Assembly (NCBI GenBank): GCA_022819855.1
Contig: JAJEGN010000005.1
Coordinates: 347,061-411,060, forward strand
Direction: 5' to 3'
DNA from: Gammaproteobacteria bacterium
GTDB taxonomy: Bacteria > Pseudomonadota > Gammaproteobacteria > Steroidobacterales > Rariloculaceae
DNA: 64,000 bases
Shown here: positions 62,770-64,000 of the stretch, piece by piece
Layout of the letters: each line of letters begins with the position of its first letter
Position numbering within the stretch: position 1 is the stretch's first letter
The notes under the pieces: model-generated
What the model was told of the DNA's origin: nothing
Databases searched by the model: none
What the model saw: the letters and a program-made list of their open reading frames with translations, nothing else
Program-made: the position numbers and the translations under genes

Positions 62770-63201
62770 ATCGATCCGATTCACGTTGTAGTGGGGCTAA
62801 TCGGCGACGGGCACGGCCGCCTGCTGATCGGCCAACGTCATGCGGGCACGCACATGGGCGGCGCCTGGGAGTTTCCGGGCGGCAAGTGCGCGCCGGGCGA
62901 ATCCGCCCGCGATGCGCTGTGCCGCGAACTCGACGAGGAGCTCGGGATCGCCGTCGAGCATGTTGAACCGCTGCTCGACTACGTGCACGAGTACCCGGAT
63001 CGCCGCGTGAGGCTCGACGTCTGGCTCGTGCATCGCTATCGCGGCGAGCCGCAGGCCCGCGAGGGCCAGCGCCTGCGCTGGGTGCCCGTCGGCGAACTCG
63101 GTGAATCAGGCCTGCTGAGCGCGGACCAGCCGATCCTCGATGCGCTGCAGAACAGGAAGCCCGTTCAGGCGACGCCTCAGCACAGGGCGAGCAGGAACTG
63201 A
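62770..63201 (+). CDS. mutT: MutT/Nudix 8-oxo-dGTP diphosphatase
   Basis: WEFPGGK...ALCRELDEELG Nudix box, EYPDRRVRL. First canonical start is GTG 62791, but homology extends upstream. Confidence 0.85.
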   Translation: MDPIHVVVGLIGDGHGRLLIGQRHAGTHMGGAWEFPGGKCAPGESARDALCRELDEELGIAVEHVEPLLDYVHEYPDRRVRLDVWLVHRYRGEPQAREGQRLRWVPVGELGESGLLSADQPILDALQNRKPVQATPQHRASRN

Positions 63202-63980
63202 AGTTCCCCGGAAACCTGCAGCGGCCGGTTGTCGACGCCCGTCCACTCGACGAAACGGATGGTGAACTGGTGCTTGCCGGCACTGAATTCCGGATAGACG
63301 CCGTTGCCGGCCGGCAGCATGACGCGGATCAGGTTGTAGTGCGTCTTGCGATCGAGCTTGTGGATGTAGTGGCCGTCGTTCGCGATGCGCTGCACCGGAT
63401 CGGCAGTCTCGCGAAGCAGTATGAGCACCTCGTTGACCGCATCGCAGAGCGGCTTCAGATGATTGGCCCACTGCAGGAGCTGCTCGGCGCGTTCGGCGTA
63501 GGGAAGATTCAGCCAGTAGCCGTACTCGGGCAGGTCGAAACCGCAGGTTCCCCCGGGAATCCAGCTACGGTGTTTTATCGCGCCCAGAAACTCGTTGTCC
63601 TTCAGCGGACCGATGAGATGCGGGCCATAGGAGGCAAGCTCGCTTGAGAGCTCGCCGATACCCTTGATGATCGAGTCGAGGCGTTCGGTGTCGACCCCCG
63701 GAGTCTCCCGAAACCCGCTCAGCATCTTGTCGAGGCGATCGAGTTCCTTGAGCGCCTCGGCCCGCACGTCGCCGTGCGCGAGGATCGACAGGATGCCGAG
63801 CAGGCTGTTGACCGCTTCGCGCGAACCGAGATCGGTTTCGCTCTTCGTATGAAACAGCGCCTGCCGGTACAGCAGCTCTATGCGCAGGAAGGTTCGTATC
63901 CTTTCGGACAGCGGCTGCTCGAACTTTACGAATTCCGCGTTCGGAGCCTGTTCCGGAAGTTCCTGCACAGTGCTTGCCAT
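63177..63980 (-). CDS. zapD: Cell-division protein ZapD
   Basis: FEQPLSERIRTFLRIE, IPGGTCGFDLP, YPEFSAGKHQFTIRF; conserved secA-mutT-zapD order. Confidence 0.92.
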   Translation of the reverse strand: MASTVQELPEQAPNAEFVKFEQPLSERIRTFLRIELLYRQALFHTKSETDLGSREAVNSLLGILSILAHGDVRAEALKELDRLDKMLSGFRETPGVDTERLDSIIKGIGELSSELASYGPHLIGPLKDNEFLGAIKHRSWIPGGTCGFDLPEYGYWLNLPYAERAEQLLQWANHLKPLCDAVNEVLILLRETADPVQRIANDGHYIHKLDRKTHYNLIRVMLPAGNGVYPEFSAGKHQFTIRFVEWTGVDNRPLQVSGELQFLLALC

Positions 63981-64000
63981 CGGACTATTCTGCGTGACGT

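Overview
A 64 kb, high-GC window that looks like gammaproteobacterial chromosome (Mla, lipA, sohB, rhlB, cysQ, M23-secA-mutT-zapD). I found no rRNA, tRNA, CRISPR array, integrase or transposase. From left to right it holds: bactofilin; two DUF6152-type secreted proteins; a complete mlaFEDCB operon with convergent mlaA; a PQQ sugar dehydrogenase; a lipoprotein plus TonB-dependent receptor behind a Pho-box-like promoter; a serine hydrolase/FkbM/NRAMP-like run; a creatininase-family hydrolase; citramalate synthase; a split DUF6152 operon; a QueD-like (PTPS-IV type) cluster with Zn-dehydrogenase, GT4, methyltransferase, RibD-C and CDP-alcohol phosphotransferase; two divergent flavin-dependent phenol monooxygenases of different clades; a MoxR/VWA (Bat) operon; gloA; an OmpA-family protein; lipA-sohB; 5-oxoprolinase; an EF-G paralogue; glucokinase; cysQ; rhlB; and secA. 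The most striking observation is that SecA carries an in-frame 54-aa insertion in its preprotein cross-linking domain that aligns without gaps to the N-terminal domain of translation initiation factor IF3. Also notable: the orphan GTP-derived-metabolite/lipid cluster, the paired monooxygenases with no reductase nearby, secreted proteins whose predicted mature N-terminus is His-His, a REP-like palindrome absorbed into the mlaB C-terminus, an unannotated and probably leaderless 58-aa membrane ORF, and a mutT that seems to need a non-canonical start. All homology calls come from visual motif recognition; no searches were run.
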